Source: a virus | DNA: 64,000 nucleotides | IMG/VR virus record: IMGVR_UViG_3300009506_000014 | Span: 13,156-77,155 of that record | Direction: 5' to 3' (one strand) | In this document: positions 8,932 to 18,405 of the stretch, piece after piece | Position numbering within the stretch: position 1 is the stretch's first letter | How the letters are laid out: every line of letters begins with the position of its first letter | Translations under genes and position numbers: made by a program | Notes under the pieces: generated by a model | Seen by the model: the letters and a program-made list of their open reading frames with translations, nothing else | Databases searched by the model: none | What the model was told of the DNA's origin: nothing

Positions 8932-9210
8932 TTACTGCTCCTTACTTTCTTCCCATTTTTCCCATTCATCTTCAAAGTCACTTTTTCTTTTTTCATACTT
9001 CTTTTTTTGTTGTCTTTCTTTTTTGAGAATGACTTCATATTTCTTTTGTGCCTCTTCAATAGAGTCACAACCAAATTTCTCCTTCAAGGTAGTTTCAACT
9101 TGTGACATAGCTGCTTCGGCTTTGTCGGCAATGCGTGTCATCTTCTGAGCTTTCTTTTTTAGCTCTGCAAACTCTTCTATGTCTCTATTTCTCTTCTTTG
9201 TTTTTGTCAT
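8932..9210 (-). CDS. small coiled-coil protein
   Basis: 92-aa charged helical ORF in the operon. Confidence 0.6.
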   Translation of the reverse strand: MTKTKKRNRDIEEFAELKKKAQKMTRIADKAEAAMSQVETTLKEKFGCDSIEEAQKKYEVILKKERQQKKKYEKRKSDFEDEWEKWEESKEQ

Positions 9211-9352
9211 TGTCTATGCTCTCTTTGAATCCTTTTCTGAATTCCTTTATCGTTTTGGTTGTCCCACTTATTACTTTCGGAAGCTGTCTCCCAAAGACCA
9301 AAATACCGATTAAGCAAATCACTGCTATTTCAGCAAAACCAAAATTAAACAT
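9185..9352 (-). CDS. tatA: TatA/TatE-like twin-arginine translocase subunit (55 aa, not in the ORF track)
   Basis: MFNFGFAEIAVICLIGILVFGRQLPKVISGTTKTIKEFRKGFKESIDNDKNKEEK: polar E8, TM helix, FG hinge, LP, amphipathic helix with EFRKG; AAGGA RBS. Confidence 0.75.
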   Translation of the reverse strand: MFNFGFAEIAVICLIGILVFGRQLPKVISGTTKTIKEFRKGFKESIDNDKNKEEK

Positions 9353-10319
9353 TGTCACGTTCCTTTTCTGCTGCTTTGAATAAAAGCTCTCTTGTCCTTT
9401 TGTTTACTTTTACGTTTTTCTTTCTCAGATAATTTTTAAGAATCAATTCAAAGTCAATGTCCTGACCTTCCATACTTTTTAATTCTTTGCTTAGCTCTGA
9501 AATGTCAATCTCAGGATTCTCTTCAAGTGCCTTTGCTGTTTTCGTTTCAAGATAGACATCGTTCTTTATGGGTATCCTGATAACTGTCACTTCTCCGTCC
9601 GGGTGAAGTAATCCCACTTGTGGTCTGTAGTCTAAATCGGTTGTTCTTCTTCTCATCAATGTCCCACAATTGAACACAGTCGTGTCTCCAATCTTGGTAA
9701 GAAAGCCCTTGTGATTGTCTCCAAACACCATGACATCATAACCAAAGAGCTTATTGTCAATCATATTCTTTTTTGCTATGTAGTTTATGTTTGTTTTCCT
9801 TGCTGCTGTTTTGTATCTGTGTTTACCATGCCAGATGAATTGGTGACATAAAGCAATATTTGCTGGCCCAACCGTTGTCTCTTTTTTTGGTGGTTTTATT
9901 TTTTCACCATAAGCAAAGGAGTATAAATTAAAATGTTTAAGCAGTTGTGTATCTACTACACATTCCAAATCTTTGATAGTGTCACTCAAGACAAGTGAAT
10001 AGTATGCACTCTTTTCCATTTCATCAGGGTTATGATTTGGTGTATCATGCTGTCCCGGTATGCAATACATATCAACTGGCAGATATGTCATTGCAAAGTT
10101 TATTAGCTCCGGGCAGCAATTCCAGTAGTTAAGTATGTCACCAGCAGCCAGTATAGGGCATTTGAAAAATCTTCTTGTCTCTTGCAGCCAGTAAAGAACC
10201 TGTCTCATTGCATTATACCAATCTGGCTCTTTACTTCTCAATACAGGTGGATTATGTGACAGGTGTATATCGGCACACAGTATTGCATCTACTTTTTTAT
10301 TGACATGTGTTCTTTTCAT
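9345..10319 (-). CDS. SbcD/Mre11-like metallophosphoesterase nuclease
   Basis: ADIH, AGDI, PGQHD, FGDNH motifs. Confidence 0.9.
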   Translation of the reverse strand: MKRTHVNKKVDAILCADIHLSHNPPVLRSKEPDWYNAMRQVLYWLQETRRFFKCPILAAGDILNYWNCCPELINFAMTYLPVDMYCIPGQHDTPNHNPDEMEKSAYYSLVLSDTIKDLECVVDTQLLKHFNLYSFAYGEKIKPPKKETTVGPANIALCHQFIWHGKHRYKTAARKTNINYIAKKNMIDNKLFGYDVMVFGDNHKGFLTKIGDTTVFNCGTLMRRRTTDLDYRPQVGLLHPDGEVTVIRIPIKNDVYLETKTAKALEENPEIDISELSKELKSMEGQDIDFELILKNYLRKKNVKVNKRTRELLFKAAEKERDNV

Positions 10320-11337
10320 TTTGTCTTTTTCCGCATAAGGGACATTTCTTGCCTATTGCTTTTCTCAATTGCTTCTCAATCCTCTCGGCTCTTTGTCTGT
10401 GCTTGGTTATTTTCCATAAATATTCCCGGTGTAACTTAATGAGTCTTTCAAGCTCTGTTCTTTTGTTCCTCAGCCTATCATACGTGACAAAGTCTTTCTC
10501 AATATCTGAAATGTCCGGGGGTTTATTATTTATGATTCTCCTGAGTCCCTCGGACTTTTTTATGAGATTTTCAAGCTCTTGCCGGGATTCCCTCAAATCA
10601 AGCCACATCTGCCCACTGAGTACCGCCAAACGAGCTATTTCCCGGCCCGTACAGGCCCGAACGCTGAGCTTTTGGTATGATATAGCCTTATTTATAGTCT
10701 CTTTGATTCTACGGCATTTTAAGGCCGTTCTCTGAAAACGCTTTTCAAGTGTTTCAAGTGTTGACAATTTAACATCAAACTCGTGAACAAACTGTCCGAG
10801 TTCCAATTGCTCTGTAAAATCTTGAATATCTTTTTCTACCTCAGCTTTTTTGTCACGTTCCTTTCTGAGCCATGTATCAAGGTTGCTGAGTGTGTTGTCC
10901 ATGACTTCAAGATTAATAAGCTTGTTTAACTCCCGGCTTGCCATCCCCGGCGTTTTGCAAAACCAAAAAGGATTGTCATGTTGAAACTGGAAGTTTATGT
11001 CATCTACGTTGAAGAGTTTCTTTATCTTGTCCGGGACTTTCTCTTTCTTGAAAGCCTTATAGGGTTTCCCCTTATCAAGTATATAGATGTTTTTGCTCTC
11101 ACCCTTTTTCCGCATGACAGAATGACCATCTAAGAACAAACGCATCTGAGCCAGCTTCGATTTGTTATGAACAAATTCTTCAAGTGTCACAGTTGGATTT
11201 GTCATCAACCAATAGAGTGCCCAAATAAAAGTGCTTTTACCTTTGTCGGTAGAACCTACAATAGTAGTCACCCTATCAAAATCCACATCAAGGCTTTTGA
11301 ATTTTAGAATACCTCTGATTTGTGCTTTTGTCAACAT
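10297..11337 (-). CDS. SbcC/Rad50 N-terminal half ending in the zinc hook
   Basis: Walker A GSTDKGKST, Q-loop, coiled coil, C-terminal CPLCG. Confidence 0.85.
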   Translation of the reverse strand: MLTKAQIRGILKFKSLDVDFDRVTTIVGSTDKGKSTFIWALYWLMTNPTVTLEEFVHNKSKLAQMRLFLDGHSVMRKKGESKNIYILDKGKPYKAFKKEKVPDKIKKLFNVDDINFQFQHDNPFWFCKTPGMASRELNKLINLEVMDNTLSNLDTWLRKERDKKAEVEKDIQDFTEQLELGQFVHEFDVKLSTLETLEKRFQRTALKCRRIKETINKAISYQKLSVRACTGREIARLAVLSGQMWLDLRESRQELENLIKKSEGLRRIINNKPPDISDIEKDFVTYDRLRNKRTELERLIKLHREYLWKITKHRQRAERIEKQLRKAIGKKCPLCGKRQNEKNTCQ

Positions 11338-11633
11338 GGCTGCTCTTTTTAATAATGGGGCAGCAACAACGAGTCACCGCCCCTGATAATAGGTTTCCTA
11401 ATAACTCATAAAAAAATCTTCATCAATTTATCAGTATATTCTATTGTCTCTCAATTTAGGTTTGTGAATTCATCAGACAAATCCAGAAAAATAATTAAAT
11501 GTCAACATAGCATGTATTAGAAGGTAATTATAAAGGTTCAAATAAATGTCACGGAGTCCCAACAACATCCCTGCTCTACAACGATTGGAACTCCGTAACC
11601 AGCAAAAGGACACACAAAGGAGAATATATAATT

Positions 11634-11804
11634 TCACTTGCCAGAAAAACGCCGATGAATAAGTCCCCTGCCATCGAGTATTCTTGCTGCATCCTGAATA
11701 TTTTGTTTTGTTGTTTCCCATTTCTTCTCTGCTTGTGACCTTTTGTTTATATTAGCTATAGATTTTTTTATCAATTGCTTATGAGTCAGTTTCTTCTTTT
11801 TCAT
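11634..11804 (-). CDS. small basic hypothetical protein
   Basis: 3' part of ORF 11634..11876; probable start MKKKKL. Confidence 0.4.
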   Translation of the reverse strand: MKKKKLTHKQLIKKSIANINKRSQAEKKWETTKQNIQDAARILDGRGLIHRRFSGK

Positions 11805-12033
11805 TGGCATTCTCCCTTGGTGTCCATTCTCCACAGCCCCCCGGAAAGATAGGCGGAAACTTTGCGTCAATACCACCAGCCCCGTTGTTCATGCTTGGAT
11901 TATAAATAAGCTGTAATGGAAAACGGCGACAGTGTGGCTTCGGGTCACGCATCCATACGTACAAACAATCGGGACATTCTCTGTCTGTTTTTTCTTCTGT
12001 TCTTCTTACTGTTTTCATTGTTGGTGTTCCCAT
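11779..12033 (-). CDS. small Cys-containing hypothetical protein
   Basis: CPDC...CRRFP...CGEW pattern. Confidence 0.55.
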   Translation of the reverse strand: MGTPTMKTVRRTEEKTDRECPDCLYVWMRDPKPHCRRFPLQLIYNPSMNNGAGGIDAKFPPIFPGGCGEWTPRENANEKEETDS

Positions 12034-12037
12034 GTCA

Positions 12038-12307
12038 TCATTCCTTTCTTTTCTTTCTTGGGATAAGTCTGCCTTTTATAGTTTTCTTCAACATTTTCCA
12101 TTTAATACCTAACTCAGCCAAGTTGCTGTCACCATATAAATATTTTCTTATCTTATCCCGGTATTCGACTTCCTTTAATGCATAGTCAATATATCCGAGA
12201 TTATCAAACCTACCATGTCTCGCCATTATCTCACAACGAGTCCATCGCTTCAAGAGCTTCAGGATATGCTTGGCCTGTTTTTTATTTATGTTTTTCTTTG
12301 TAATCAT
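12038..12307 (-). CDS. hypothetical protein
   Basis: ORF in the operon. Confidence 0.55.
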   Translation of the reverse strand: MITKKNINKKQAKHILKLLKRWTRCEIMARHGRFDNLGYIDYALKEVEYRDKIRKYLYGDSNLAELGIKWKMLKKTIKGRLIPRKKRKE

Positions 12308-12355
12308 CTTCTAACTGTTTCATCCATATTTCAATGTCACATATCAAGTCTTCTG

Positions 12356-12964
12356 TCATTCTTTGAAAACATCCGGGCTTAATTCAAACAGACTTGTTAA
12401 TGTTGTGACAAATACTTTGTAAAATTTTGTCTCTGTCTTATTATAGAAATTGAAAGCACCATAAGGCTCAGGATTTCCTCTGAGTCGTGACAATATATGT
12501 TCTATCTTTTTTGTTCGTTTAATGAAGATGACCGCATCCTTGCGGTCACGCCGGAATATAATCATCCATGCCGGTGTATTTGCAGCCGTACTCGACTTGG
12601 CAGCTTGTTCTATGAATTCTTCTATTTGGGATGGCCCTTGTGTCTCTGGTTTATCGAACAAATCCTGCATTGAAAAGTCACTATAGCCGCATTTAAGCTC
12701 GATTGTGAAACAGTCAAGAAGTGGTTGTCCTATTGGGTCATTGGCCTGAATGTCACCATACTGACCGAAGGTTCTCTTTTTCCTTTTGGTTCTTGCTGTG
12801 GCTGTGGCTCCTGAGCCTGCGGAACGCCAGAATACATCGTCATGTACTTCCTCATCCTTTCCTGTCCACCATTGGCTGAGCTTCTTGCAGATGTCTCTTT
12901 CAAATCTCATTCCTTTGACTCGGCCTTTTATGGATTTTCTTCTTGTTCTTTTTTTCTTGCTCAT
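12356..12964 (-). CDS. Holliday junction resolvase (PD-(D/E)XK, Hjc-like)
   Basis: KGMRFER, GDI, IELKCGY. Confidence 0.8.
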   Translation of the reverse strand: MSKKKRTRRKSIKGRVKGMRFERDICKKLSQWWTGKDEEVHDDVFWRSAGSGATATARTKRKKRTFGQYGDIQANDPIGQPLLDCFTIELKCGYSDFSMQDLFDKPETQGPSQIEEFIEQAAKSSTAANTPAWMIIFRRDRKDAVIFIKRTKKIEHILSRLRGNPEPYGAFNFYNKTETKFYKVFVTTLTSLFELSPDVFKE

Positions 12965-13788
12965 GTTATTAGTGACTTCATATTAAGTGACTTAATCACT
13001 TTTCTGAATCCTTCCTTGGAAAATTTATCATGTCTTAATTTGAATTTCTTAACACCGGGATAGGGAAGTCTCACAAGGTTTAAGTTACGAGTCATTATCT
13101 TGCCCGATTTCAGATATCTCTTGTATGCTTTTGATTCCTTGTCAATCTCACGCTTTATAATCTTTAATGCTCTGACCTCTCCAATTCCTTCAATCCCTTT
13201 TATGTTATCAGTGGGACATCCTGCCAATGCTTTAACAACTATCCATTCCAAGGGTTTGATTCCATACTTCGTTATAAATGATTGATAGGTAATAAATTTA
13301 TTATTGACAGGTGAGAACATTCTTACCTGTGGACATAGCAATTGATATAAGTCTTTGTCACAGGATACAATCAGTGCATCTTCATCTTTCTTCAGGTTTA
13401 AGCAGATAGAAGCAATTAAGTCATCGGCTTCATATCCCGGCTGCACAAGGACATTTTTATAGCCCATGTCTTTAAGATACTTTGTTCTGAGTCTTTTGAT
13501 TTGAAGTCTGAATTCCTTTTTCTCTTTTCTTTCTTCAGGTGATAACTCCCCATTGTCACGGTTGGCTTTATAGTCCGGGTAGATTTTTTTTCGTTTGCTT
13601 GATTTAGAATCAAAGCAGAAAACAAAATCATCCTGTCTTATCTTATACTGAAAATCTTTTATGAATCTTAAGAATCCATAGATGACTCCAGTTGGTGTTC
13701 CACCATAGCTTAGGTGACCAGTGCTATGCCTTGCTCGATGACATAGGTAATTACAATCAAGAACAATCCATGTTTTTCTTGTTACCAT
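12961..13788 (-). CDS. 5'-3' exonuclease / flap endonuclease (RNase H)
   Basis: YPDYKANR, YEADDLIA, DKDLYQL, DNIKGIEGIGEVRA. Confidence 0.92.
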   Translation of the reverse strand: MVTRKTWIVLDCNYLCHRARHSTGHLSYGGTPTGVIYGFLRFIKDFQYKIRQDDFVFCFDSKSSKRKKIYPDYKANRDNGELSPEERKEKKEFRLQIKRLRTKYLKDMGYKNVLVQPGYEADDLIASICLNLKKDEDALIVSCDKDLYQLLCPQVRMFSPVNNKFITYQSFITKYGIKPLEWIVVKALAGCPTDNIKGIEGIGEVRALKIIKREIDKESKAYKRYLKSGKIMTRNLNLVRLPYPGVKKFKLRHDKFSKEGFRKVIKSLNMKSLIT

Positions 13789-14165
13789 CTTATTATCACT
13801 TCCAATCCTATATATTTTCTATACATACGATTTACATTGTTGACTTGTTGTACTGTGTATTTTCTCTTCTTTGTCATGGCATGGATGAAAGCAAGCTCGG
13901 TCGCTCCAAGTCTTTTTTTATGCTCATCAAATATTTCCTGTGCCCTCATGTGACATTTCATTTGTGTCATTTTGGCCTGTGCTGCTTTTGGGGAATGTTC
14001 CTGTTTTATTTTTTTGCACTGTGGACAGCCGGGGTCATCATTTTCTTTTCCTCTCCATCCATATCTCCTGCCACAATCAGGACATTTTTTATCCCAAAAG
14101 CCATAACCTGTCATGTCATTTGTATCTTGGTTTTCTTTTGATTTCGCAAGCTTCTTCGATTTCAT
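13782..14165 (-). CDS. zinc-ribbon protein
   Basis: CPDC...CPQC. Confidence 0.55.
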   Translation of the reverse strand: MKSKKLAKSKENQDTNDMTGYGFWDKKCPDCGRRYGWRGKENDDPGCPQCKKIKQEHSPKAAQAKMTQMKCHMRAQEIFDEHKKRLGATELAFIHAMTKKRKYTVQQVNNVNRMYRKYIGLEVIIRW

Positions 14166-15237
14166 TCCAAACTCCTTCAGTTATTTTTTGTAGTTTTCTT
14201 TCGTGTCCCTTCTTTTCAATATAATCAACCAAAGCCTTCATTGTCATTTTCTTTTTGAATTCCTTGGCTTTAATTTTCTGCCCGGACATCTTCCAATGCT
14301 TTTCATCAATAAGAAATTCTATCATAGATGTTACGTCATCAATTCCGTAGGATGGAAATATAGGGACAGATACTCTTCTATCCTTTCCTGTCACTCGTGT
14401 TCTTTTGACATCAATCTGTACCTGTGTTCCAACTGAACGCTTTTTGCCCCTTATCTGTTTTTTTATTTTGCCTTGGGGTGATGTCCATATTTCTATAGTG
14501 GCATAGTATTTCAAAGCCCATCCCCCGGAACGTGTCTTTTTTGCAAACGATAGTTTGTTGATATTGTCACGTGTTTGATTAATAACAATAAGGATAGAGC
14601 CAGATTTGCGAAGGGGTGTAAGAAGTCTCCGCAAATTTGCCGAATTGATTTTAGCCTTACCATCGCCATAAGAGCCGGTGACATCCTTTCCTTTCTGATA
14701 GGCATCCTTACGCTCTTCAAACTTATCAGTTTCCTGCTCCGATGTCAAGGAGTCCATTGAATCCAGAATATAGATAAATGGTTGTTCCTCTTTTAAGGCC
14801 GTGTCAACATGATAGTAAAAGGTTTCAATCGAATCTGAGAAAACAGCTTCCCCATCACCATCATAGCTCGGTGGCTCTATCCTATCTTTGACAGCTTTAC
14901 CGAAAAACTTCTCAATGTCCATCAATGCCCCATCTTCAGCGTTGTCATATATCATCCGGTAATTGTCAAAGTATTTGTTGATACCTGCTTCAGCAAGGCA
15001 TGTCAAAGCCAAGAAAGTTTTGCCACTATCAGAGTCACCAACAAGAAAGTAATACTTGCCCTTTCCGTATCCAAAGCGTGACTTTCCTGTGCAAGCAAGA
15101 TTTAACATAGTGCTGCCTGTACTCAAAAACCGTGTTGACATCCGTGTGTGTTTCGGTTTATTTCTTTTGAGTATCTTTTCTATGTCTCTTTCTGTTATGT
15201 CGGTTTTTCTTTTTTTCTTTTTCTTTGACATCGTCAC
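14116..15237 (-). CDS. recA: RecA/UvsX-like recombinase
   Basis: LSTGS, GDSDSGKT, ILDSMDSL, INQTR, SGGWALKYYA. Confidence 0.9.
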   Translation of the reverse strand: MTMSKKKKKRKTDITERDIEKILKRNKPKHTRMSTRFLSTGSTMLNLACTGKSRFGYGKGKYYFLVGDSDSGKTFLALTCLAEAGINKYFDNYRMIYDNAEDGALMDIEKFFGKAVKDRIEPPSYDGDGEAVFSDSIETFYYHVDTALKEEQPFIYILDSMDSLTSEQETDKFEERKDAYQKGKDVTGSYGDGKAKINSANLRRLLTPLRKSGSILIVINQTRDNINKLSFAKKTRSGGWALKYYATIEIWTSPQGKIKKQIRGKKRSVGTQVQIDVKRTRVTGKDRRVSVPIFPSYGIDDVTSMIEFLIDEKHWKMSGQKIKAKEFKKKMTMKALVDYIEKKGHERKLQKITEGVWNEIEEACEIKRKPRYK

Positions 15238-15336
15238 AGTAACTCCAATCTGGACAATCCATACATTGCTTTAGCTTATCAGTATCAACACCAAAAATAC
15301 CGTCACGTGGGCACACATCACCAAATGACAGTGTTT

Positions 15337-16662
15337 CTACTTTTTTCCTTTCTTGCTCTTACCCCCTTTCTTTTTCTTATCCGATTTCTTGCTGGATGAC
15401 TTCTTGTCCTTGGACTTCTTATTGCCTTTTCTCTTGTTCGACTTATCAGGGATATCATCGTCGTCGTCATCCGGTTCAAAATCGTCGTCGTCATCGTTGT
15501 CATCATCATCGTCGTCGTCATCGTTGTCATCATCATCGTCATCGGCGTCATTGTCATCATCGTCGTCGTCATCATCATCATCATCGTCGTCGTCATCGTC
15601 ATCGTCTTTTTTCTTCTTTGACTTTGATGACTTCTTTGATTTCGATTTCTTCTTGTCATCATCATCGTCATCGTCATCATCGTCATCATCGTCATCATCG
15701 TTGTCGTCATCATCATCATCGGCGTCATTGTCATCATCGTCGTCGTCATCATCATCATCGGCGTCATCGTCATCATCATCATCATCGGCGTCATCGTCAT
15801 CGTCTTTTTTCTTCTTTGACTTTGATGACTTCTTTGATTTCGATTTCTTCTTGTCATCATCATCGTCATCGTCATCATCATCGTCATCATTATCTTGACT
15901 TTCAACGATTTCAAGGAATTCCTTTTTCAATTCCTTGTAGTCTGGTTCGATGAGAAGAGCATCAAGGTCGTGAGCCATTTCAAGCATTTCTTCCTCATCA
16001 TAAGGTTCTTTGCGTGACTTGAAGTTGATATCGGTGACTTCCAAGAATGGCTGTCTACCAATTTTCTTTTCTTCAAGCAGGAGTTTCAAAGTAGAGCCAT
16101 TTTCGGCATCGGCAAATTCCCGAAAGTTGTCATCTTCATCAGCATTAGATATACGACTTGCCAAGAGCTTCCCAAAATTGTGATAGGAAATATCCCAAAC
16201 GTGACATGGACGCCGTTTGGTTTTCTTATCGGGCTTGTCGGCATGGTCAACAACATTCCACAACTGACGATGTTTTGTGTATAGTGACTTGAAGAATTCA
16301 TCATCGGCATCCGGGTCACGTGCCATTTTGTCACGATGGTCGCAAATTGGACACTTCCCTTTTTCAAAACTTTGCCTTGCACAGACTACGTATTTCTTAT
16401 TGTTTACAGGGCCGATGACATGCACCCAATAAGAACGCACACAGGCTTTGTCCCCCTTTTCCCCGTCCGGGTTATATCCCTTGATAATATAACTCAGGAT
16501 GTCAATTCTTACTTTGCCTTCCTTCGGGTCAAACATTTTGACACCTTCAGGCAGAGCAAGCGTTGTACTCTGTGCCCCGGAGAGACATCTATCAACCATA
16601 CGGTCAACAAATGATGCAGAGCTTTTTTTCTTTTTCTTTTTGTCTTTACTCTTTTTCGACAT
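15337..16662 (-). CDS. gp32-like single-stranded DNA-binding protein with a very long Asp/Lys-rich tail
   Basis: YWVH...VVC...CPICD Zn motif; position next to RecA; acidic tail. Confidence 0.7.
   Translation of the reverse strand: MSKKSKDKKKKKKSSASFVDRMVDRCLSGAQSTTLALPEGVKMFDPKEGKVRIDILSYIIKGYNPDGEKGDKACVRSYWVHVIGPVNNKKYVVCARQSFEKGKCPICDHRDKMARDPDADDEFFKSLYTKHRQLWNVVDHADKPDKKTKRRPCHVWDISYHNFGKLLASRISNADEDDNFREFADAENGSTLKLLLEEKKIGRQPFLEVTDINFKSRKEPYDEEEMLEMAHDLDALLIEPDYKELKKEFLEIVESQDNDDDDDDDDDDDDKKKSKSKKSSKSKKKKDDDDDADDDDDDDDADDDDDDDDDDNDADDDDDDNDDDDDDDDDDDDDDDKKKSKSKKSSKSKKKKDDDDDDDDDDDDDDDDDDNDADDDDDDNDDDDDDDDNDDDDDFEPDDDDDDIPDKSNKRKGNKKSKDKKSSSKKSDKKKKGGKSKKGKK
15470..15895. repeat. (GAY)n poly-Asp tracts with a 198-bp duplicated unit
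   Basis: KKKSKSKKSSKSKKKK block present twice (about 15602 and 15800). Confidence 0.9.
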
Positions 16663-16788
16663 ACTTTACTCCTTTCGTGTCATTGACAATTCTTTTTTAT
16701 AAATGCGTCTGCTTTGTATAGGGCAATCTTGCCCCACTTCACACAGAAGTAAACAGCAAACGGTGACATTATAAATATTAAAACTATT

Positions 16789-17301
16789 TTAAGCATTTTT
16801 CTTTTTTCGTTTCTTGGCTTTGAAAGCTCTGCTTGCCAATGTCTCGTCAACAAGTTTGCTCATATCCCCCGGTGTATAAGGGACAGAATAATAAGATTGA
16901 CCATGCAACTTGATGGCATTCTCAATCATATCTTTACGTTGGTATAGGGCACTGATAGCAATAGATAACATCCTATATATACTTGCTGCCTTGTGGTAAT
17001 CATCCAATGCCTCTTGGTATAAGGGACGCAATTGAACAGCATGAGAAACAGTTGTATCAGTGACTTTATCAATGCCATACCTCTCAGGGTCTTTCCTTAT
17101 CTTTGTTGACAGTTTAGCTTCCACCTTTTTCAACTGAGCCTTGGCATCATTCATGTCATCCTCTGCTGCTCTTTGCTGTGACGCATAGTGCAGGAACAGT
17201 TTTGGCTGGACAATGCACTCATCGACTAATTCGTTAGGGTCGATTTCAAGCAACGGCCTAAGCTCTTTTTCTGATTTCATTGTAATTTTAGTTTTCTTCA
17301 T
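16789..17301 (-). CDS. helical protein, possibly a UvsY-like recombination mediator
   Basis: LEIDPNELVDE..QP..F..YA start; helical; near SSB and RecA. Confidence 0.45.
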   Translation of the reverse strand: MKKTKITMKSEKELRPLLEIDPNELVDECIVQPKLFLHYASQQRAAEDDMNDAKAQLKKVEAKLSTKIRKDPERYGIDKVTDTTVSHAVQLRPLYQEALDDYHKAASIYRMLSIAISALYQRKDMIENAIKLHGQSYYSVPYTPGDMSKLVDETLASRAFKAKKRKKKNA

Positions 17302-17319
17302 TATTTATTCCTTTTTATT

Positions 17320-17351
17320 ATTATAGCAGTAACTACCAAAATAGTGACCAA
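17320..17351 (-). promoter_or_regulatory. putative promoter TTGGTCAC-N18-TATAAT
   Basis: same architecture as 23675-23706; intergenic, just upstream of an RBS. Confidence 0.6.
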
Positions 17352-17355
17352 CAAA

Positions 17356-18312
17356 TTATTCGTTATTGAATATTATACGAAAACATGCTGCCGAAAGCCC
17401 TGCATTGCTTGAATAAAAGAAAGTGTCCGAAAATTCATCAATTACTTTGTAAGCTCTTTTAACAACTTGGGGACGTTTTGGATTCAATAGAATTTTGTTT
17501 GCGTATGATAGAGCTATCTGTCTTAGTATCTCTACCTCTTCCTTTGTGATATCACTAAGCATAGAAGCAACCTTTTTCCATGTCACTATAGGTTTGGATT
17601 TGTTGTCATCAAATACCAGTGTTCTCACAATGTCAATAGCTGCCGCCCGAACATGCTCTTCCTCTATGGCTTCCATCATTTCATCCTCTGTCTCCAAGTC
17701 TTTAACTTGATTCAAAATGACAAGAGCCTGCCTTGGTGAGCCGTCCGACGCCTCAATGATTTTGTTGATTAGTCTGTCAGCATTCTTGAATTTAAGTGAC
17801 GCTTTATATATCATCTTATTAATCACCTTGAACATATCAGAGTCACTCAATGGTTTGACAATAAGCTCAGTGCTTCTCGTGATTATAGCTCTGTCCATCT
17901 TTTCTTTGTGTGTTGTGCAAAGCATAAAGTAAACATGCTCCGGGGTATCTTCAAGTAGTTTGAAAGCTGCACTCTGAGCGTCACCAGTGAGCTTGTGACA
18001 CTCATCAATTACAAATACTCGGATATCACCTTTGAATGGAGCTTGTTCAACTTTGGATTCGATAGCCCTGATGTCATTGACTCCCCTTTTACTTGCTGCA
18101 TTAATTTCTTCGTAGTCAATAGCAGCACAGCCGAGTTTCTTCGATACAATCCTTGCCAGTGTTGTCTTGCCACAACCCGAAGGCCCGGTAAAAAGAATGG
18201 TATGAGGGACTTGATTTTTCTTCACCATTGCTTTTAGCTTCTTGACAGTTTGTGGCTGTCCAATGACATCCGAGAATTTCTTTGGTCTGTATTTTTTGTA
18301 AAGCTCCTTCAT
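17356..18312 (-). CDS. dnaX: clamp loader AAA+ ATPase (DnaX gamma/tau-like)
   Basis: LYKKYRPKKFSDVIGQ, GPSGCGKTT, IDECH. Confidence 0.9.
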   Translation of the reverse strand: MKELYKKYRPKKFSDVIGQPQTVKKLKAMVKKNQVPHTILFTGPSGCGKTTLARIVSKKLGCAAIDYEEINAASKRGVNDIRAIESKVEQAPFKGDIRVFVIDECHKLTGDAQSAAFKLLEDTPEHVYFMLCTTHKEKMDRAIITRSTELIVKPLSDSDMFKVINKMIYKASLKFKNADRLINKIIEASDGSPRQALVILNQVKDLETEDEMMEAIEEEHVRAAAIDIVRTLVFDDNKSKPIVTWKKVASMLSDITKEEVEILRQIALSYANKILLNPKRPQVVKRAYKVIDEFSDTFFYSSNAGLSAACFRIIFNNE

Positions 18313-18405
18313 GTTATCTCCTTATAATAAAAGTGAAATATAGTGACAGTATTTGAAGACAATGAAAAAGAAAATCCTTTTTCAAACTAAAGAAGTATCT
18401 TTTAA

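Noticed and set aside
15318-15953. Poly-Met/Thr, poly-Ser and poly-His ORFs (also at 51788-52137)
   Set aside because: Alternate-frame shadows of the (GAY)n poly-Asp tracts
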